Assembly: GCA_016196885.1 (NCBI GenBank)
Contig: JACPWU010000002.1
Span: 1 to 32,000, forward strand
Source of the DNA: Chlamydiota bacterium
Lineage (GTDB): Bacteria; Auribacterota; JACPWU01
Reading direction: 5' to 3'
Length of the DNA stretch: 32,000 nt
This document shows positions 31,434 through 32,000 of the stretch, piece by piece (position 1 is the stretch's first letter; each line of letters opens with the position of its first letter). The notes beneath the pieces were generated by a model. That model did no database searches. It had not been told where the DNA came from and saw only the letters and a list, made by a program, of their open reading frames with translations. Position numbers and translations under genes: made by a program.

Positions 31434-31640
31434 ATGAAACCATTAAAAGTTTCACAACATGCTGAAGGTGAGGTTATTGCGTATTCTAAAGCCTGTCCGG
31501 ATTCTTCCTCTCTTCAGGATCAACTTCATCTCGAAAATCTTCGGTTTTTGAAATCTGAGGGTATTCTTTCTAAACATGATCTTTTGGATCTTTCTGTCGT
31601 CATTCTGCGGACAAATTCAGAAGAATTTAAAAAAGTTTAG
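31434..31640 (+). CDS. small hypothetical protein (68 aa) upstream of the ECF sigma gene
   Basis: AGGAGG 6 nt before the ATG at 31434. The track's longer version (from 31170) would run through hairpin H2 and AT-rich spacer. Confidence 0.5.
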   Translation: MKPLKVSQHAEGEVIAYSKACPDSSSLQDQLHLENLRFLKSEGILSKHDLLDLSVVILRTNSEEFKKV

Positions 31641-31681
31641 TTAAAATTTGCCGGGGCGCGTTTTTTAGAAGGGGGCGAGAC

Positions 31682-32000
31682 ATGGAAGACTCACCGCGAG
31701 ATCGGGAATTACTAAGGATTTTTCTCAAAGGAGGCGAAACGGGTTTCGATGAGTTGGTCTTGAAATATCGAAATCGTGTTTATAACACACTCTTCAGTCT
31801 TTTACGGAGTCGGGACTTGGCATGGGAAGGGGCGCAAGATGTTTTTTTAAAGGTGTATCGCGAGCTAAAAGATCGAGAGGACGAATCCATTTTGGTGAAG
31901 GCATGGGTTTTTAGGATCACGTTAGATGAGGGCTTTGATCTTTTGAAAAGGGTTAGCAAACAGGTGAAAGTGGCTTTTGGCACAGGTGAAATGTTGGAGG
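31682..32000 (+). CDS. ECF-type RNA polymerase sigma-70 family factor, 5-prime partial (runs off the window)
   Basis: Open from the ATG at 31682 (AGGGGG SD) to the window end, so it is absent from the ORF track. Region 2-like FDELVLKYRNRVYNTLFSLLRSRDLAWEGAQDVFLKVY...KAWVFRITLDEGFDLL. Confidence 0.7.
   Translation, partial: MEDSPRDRELLRIFLKGGETGFDELVLKYRNRVYNTLFSLLRSRDLAWEGAQDVFLKVYRELKDREDESILVKAWVFRITLDEGFDLLKRVSKQVKVAFGTGEMLE

Noticed and set aside
31170-31640. 156-aa ORF from the track, overlapping the end of hpnH.
   Set aside because: The first 88 codons cross hairpin H2 and an AT-rich spacer with no SD. An internal ATG at 31434 has a consensus AGGAGG, so only the 68-aa version is kept.
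1-32000. tRNA, rRNA, tmRNA, RNase P or SRP RNA genes.
   Set aside because: Scanning by eye on both strands found no T-loop GGTTCGAATCC-type motif with cloverleaf context and no conserved rRNA, RNase P or SRP blocks.

Overview
This 32 kb window is from a moderately AT-rich bacterial chromosome. I saw no rRNA, tRNA or CRISPR array. It carries about 35 mostly housekeeping genes on both strands:
- EamA transporter, nth, queE, gpmA, prmA, an M24 aminopeptidase and a long ThyX-like protein
- glpD, plant-type gshA, a REC-GGDEF-EAL regulator with degenerate motifs, rlmI, yqeY, an ornithine-cyclodeaminase-family enzyme and an SDR
- a split methylmalonyl-CoA mutase operon (B12 subunit, MeaB, catalytic subunit)
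- trmB, a GH35 beta-galactosidase, a Rieske ferredoxin, hpnH and the start of an ECF sigma factor

The unusual part is the intergenic space, not the gene content. Almost every non-overlapping gene boundary carries a hairpin repeat.
- At least five sequence-unrelated families (called A, B, C, F, H here) follow one construction rule: an array of tandem 7-bp words, an A/T-rich loop, then the inverted array.
- Two GC-rich families (D, E) and a single G element are also present.
- Family E forms the roughly 33-bp terminal inverted repeats of a 463-bp element whose only cargo is a DUF559 (Vsr-like) endonuclease gene. An ORF-less 77-bp copy of the same two ends lies 15 kb away.
- A family F hairpin carries a 194-bp highly structured insert with a possible target-site duplication.

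Other items worth a second look:
- an orphan promoter-to-terminator unit of about 205 nt (candidate sRNA or leader)
- a nucleotidyltransferase-fold gene translationally coupled to an unlisted 46-codon ORF
- a secreted mini-protein whose predicted mature form is 39 percent tyrosine
- a frameshifted metalloenzyme gene

All product calls come from motif recognition by eye. No database search or folding program was run.
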